From the human T2T-CHM13v2.0 reference genome, Homo sapiens, in the NCBI RefSeq assembly GCF_009914755.1, contig NC_060941.1: 64,000 bases of DNA; one strand, 5' to 3'. The notes under the pieces are model-generated. The model did not search any database. It was not told the DNA's origin and worked only from the letters and a program-made list of their open reading frames with translations. How positions within the stretch are numbered: position 1 is the stretch's first letter; every line of letters starts with the position of its first letter. Shown one piece after another: positions 60,914 through 64,000 of this stretch. A program made the position numbers and the translations under genes.

Positions 60914-61295
60914 TCAAAAAAAAAAAAAAAAAAAAAAAAAGAGCGGTCTTGGTAGAGGGGGTGAGAGAGACCAAAGAGGAGTGAGGAAATAACGAGAGGT
61001 AACAAAATGAAAACAGAAAGAAGGCTAGGCGCTGTGGCTCACACCTATAATCCCAGCACTTTGGGAGGCTTAGGAGGGTGAATTGCTTGAGCCCAGGAAT
61101 TTGAGGCCAACCTGGGCAACATGGCAAAACCCTTTCGCTACAAAAAAATACAAGAATTGGCCGGGCGCAGTGACTCACACCTGTAATCCCAGCACTTTGG
61201 GAAGCCTAGGCGGGTGGATCGCCTGAGGTCAGGATTTTGATACCAGCCTGGCCAACATAGTGAAACCCCGTCTCAACTAAAAATACAAAAAATTA

Positions 61296-61427
<132 letters not shown>

Positions 61428-61555
61428 TCAAAAAAAAAAACATAGCTGGGCATGGTGGTGCATACCTGTACTACTTCAGGGGCTGAGGTGGGAGGATCAC
61501 CTGAGCACAGGTCGAGGCTGCACTCCAGCCTGGGTGACAGAGCAAGACCCTGTCG

Positions 61556-61648
61556 GAAGGAAGGAAGGAAGGCGGGAGGGAGGGAGGGAGGAAGAAAGGA
61601 AGGAAGGAAGGAAGGAAGGAAGGAAGGAAGGAAGGAAGGAAGGAAGGG
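61556..61648 (+). repeat. (GGAA)n microsatellite
   Basis: GGAA units in an Alu tail, about 2.4 kb upstream of HAP1. Confidence 0.9.
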
Positions 61649-61916
61649 AGACAGTATAGAAAACTGTATTGAAGAAATCTGCAACAAAGGAGAGCTGGAA
61701 AAGGGCACAGGAGCTGAAGGAGGACATGAGTGCTGGGGAGTGTGTTTTGAAGATGGGAGAGAGGACAATATGTTTACATGCTGATGGAAATGTTCCCTCA
61801 GGGAGGAGAAAACAGGTGCAGAAAAGAGAGCTTATCTCCCAGAATACTTCTGGAAATGGAGGAACTTTCATAACATAACCGTTCTCCTCCTTGTTCAAAG
61901 TCTGCATGTTTTATTT

Positions 61917-61948
<32 letters not shown>

Positions 61949-62706
61949 TTTTCTTTTTTTGAGACGGAGTTTCGCTCTTGTTGCCCCAGGCTGGAGTGCA
62001 ATGGCACGATCTCGGCTCACCACATCCTCCACCTCCCGTGTTCAAGCAATTCTCCTGCCTCTGCCTCAGCCTCCCCAATAACATGCGTCACCACATCCGG
62101 CTACTTTTGTCTTTTTAGTAGAGACGGGGTTTCTCCATGTTGGTTAGGCTGGTCTCGAACTCCCGACCTCACGTGATCCGCCTCCCCCTTGGTCTCCCAA
62201 AGTGCTGGGATTACAGGCGTGAGCCACTGTGCCCAGCCCAAAGTCTGCATGTTTCCTATGGTTTCTTTGTCAGCAGAAAGCTTGAAGGAGACACACAACC
62301 CCAGGGTTTGCTACGACAGTGAGGTTGAAGAACATAAGGAGGTGGCTGTTCGGGCATCGGCACAGCCCAGGCTTCCGTGAGGCTACAGCTCCATAGGCTC
62401 TGCCGAGTGGTCCTCCCACAGCCCAGCTTCCTGGACTGTCTCTCTGTGCCTTGGACATCTCTGCAGCCCCAACCACCAAGCACAGAACAGGGCATACAGA
62501 AGAAGCCTATTACACTCCTGCTGAATTAAATTGTTTCTGGCCCCATGAGGAAGAAGCCCTGGGAAACCCCTGGAGAGTTTGACGGGGAAGAAGGCAGAGG
62601 CAGTGGGATGGAGAAGACAGAGATGAAGTTAGGAGACCCTGAAAGCTCCCCCAGCTGACCACACCCTCTAGGTCAGCGCACTGGCAGCCAGCAACTCTGG
62701 CTACGG

Positions 62707-62720
62707 CCACCAGAGGGCAG
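62707..62720 (+). promoter_or_regulatory. Candidate CTCF site
   Basis: GGCCACCAGAGGGCAG is a close match to the CTCF core consensus. Confidence 0.55.
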
Positions 62721-63451
62721 TGTCAGCCCGTATACCTCCCCACGTGGCTTCCTCACCTACAGGCTCAGTCGCCCCACAGAAAGTGGAGTAGGGACAGAGA
62801 CTCCATTTTACAAATGGAGAAACCAGGGCTCAGGGCCCGTCATTCTGGAAGTAAGCATTTTGGCCTGGCTGACAGATATCTGCCTTTCGACAGCCTAGGG
62901 CTGTCCAGGAGACTGGGGGTAGTCTCTGATCCAGGCCTCTCAAGTGGTTTTCCTCTGTCAACCACCCCCTCCCTCTCCTGCTTCTCATCTAGGGGGAGAA
63001 ATCAGACACAGCAAAGACCCTTGGCCTCCTGTCCTCCCTCCCAGTGTGCATCCATGGACCCTCCTGGATCCGAAAGAGGATGGGAGGGTGCAGAAGACTT
63101 GCCAGGCTGCAAAGCCAGACCACCCACCACCTAATTGTGCACACCCCCTGAACCTGGGGCACATTCACTCCAGTGCCCAGCCCTGGGCAGCACACAGGTG
63201 GCTCAGGCCCCTCCTCCTGCCCCCTCCCCTGGCCTGACCCTGGGAAAAAAAACACCTGGAACAGGGTAGGTCATAGAAAGAGCCCCTAAGGGTCGGTGCC
63301 AGGGACCTGGGGGGGACAGGCACCGGGGTTACTTTCTGCAGGGGAGCAGGGTGGAGGGGCACCCTGAACTAGGAACAGGGGAGACCTCCTCACCCCCGCC
63401 GCAGTCCTGCTGTCTCCTGCAGGCCTTTCGGGGGCCCTCCCCCATCTCTGA

Positions 63452-63998
<547 letters not shown>

Positions 63999-64000
63999 CT

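Overview
Human-type (primate) genomic DNA, very Alu-rich, that I recognise as the chr17q21 EIF1-GAST-HAP1 interval. Three complete spliced genes were reconstructed by hand from splice sites and reading frames: EIF1 (+, 4 coding exons, 113 aa), GAST (+, non-coding exon 1 plus 2 coding exons, 101-aa preprogastrin) and HAP1 (-, 11-12 coding exons, 619/671 aa). Almost all other ORFs in the track are Alu, microsatellite or GC-rich noise. I see no new multi-gene 'system'. The most unusual region is the 42.3-49.2 kb stretch between GAST and HAP1. It holds a nested stack of LTRs carrying a tailless 5S rRNA retrocopy, a templated copy of part of the HAP1 3' UTR, an unidentified mRNA 3'-end retrocopy and a thymosin beta-10 processed pseudogene. 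It also contains a cryptic, stop-interrupted HAP1-B-like terminal exon inside the HAP1 3' UTR. Family names for repeats, reference alleles and rodent comparisons come from memory and need database confirmation.
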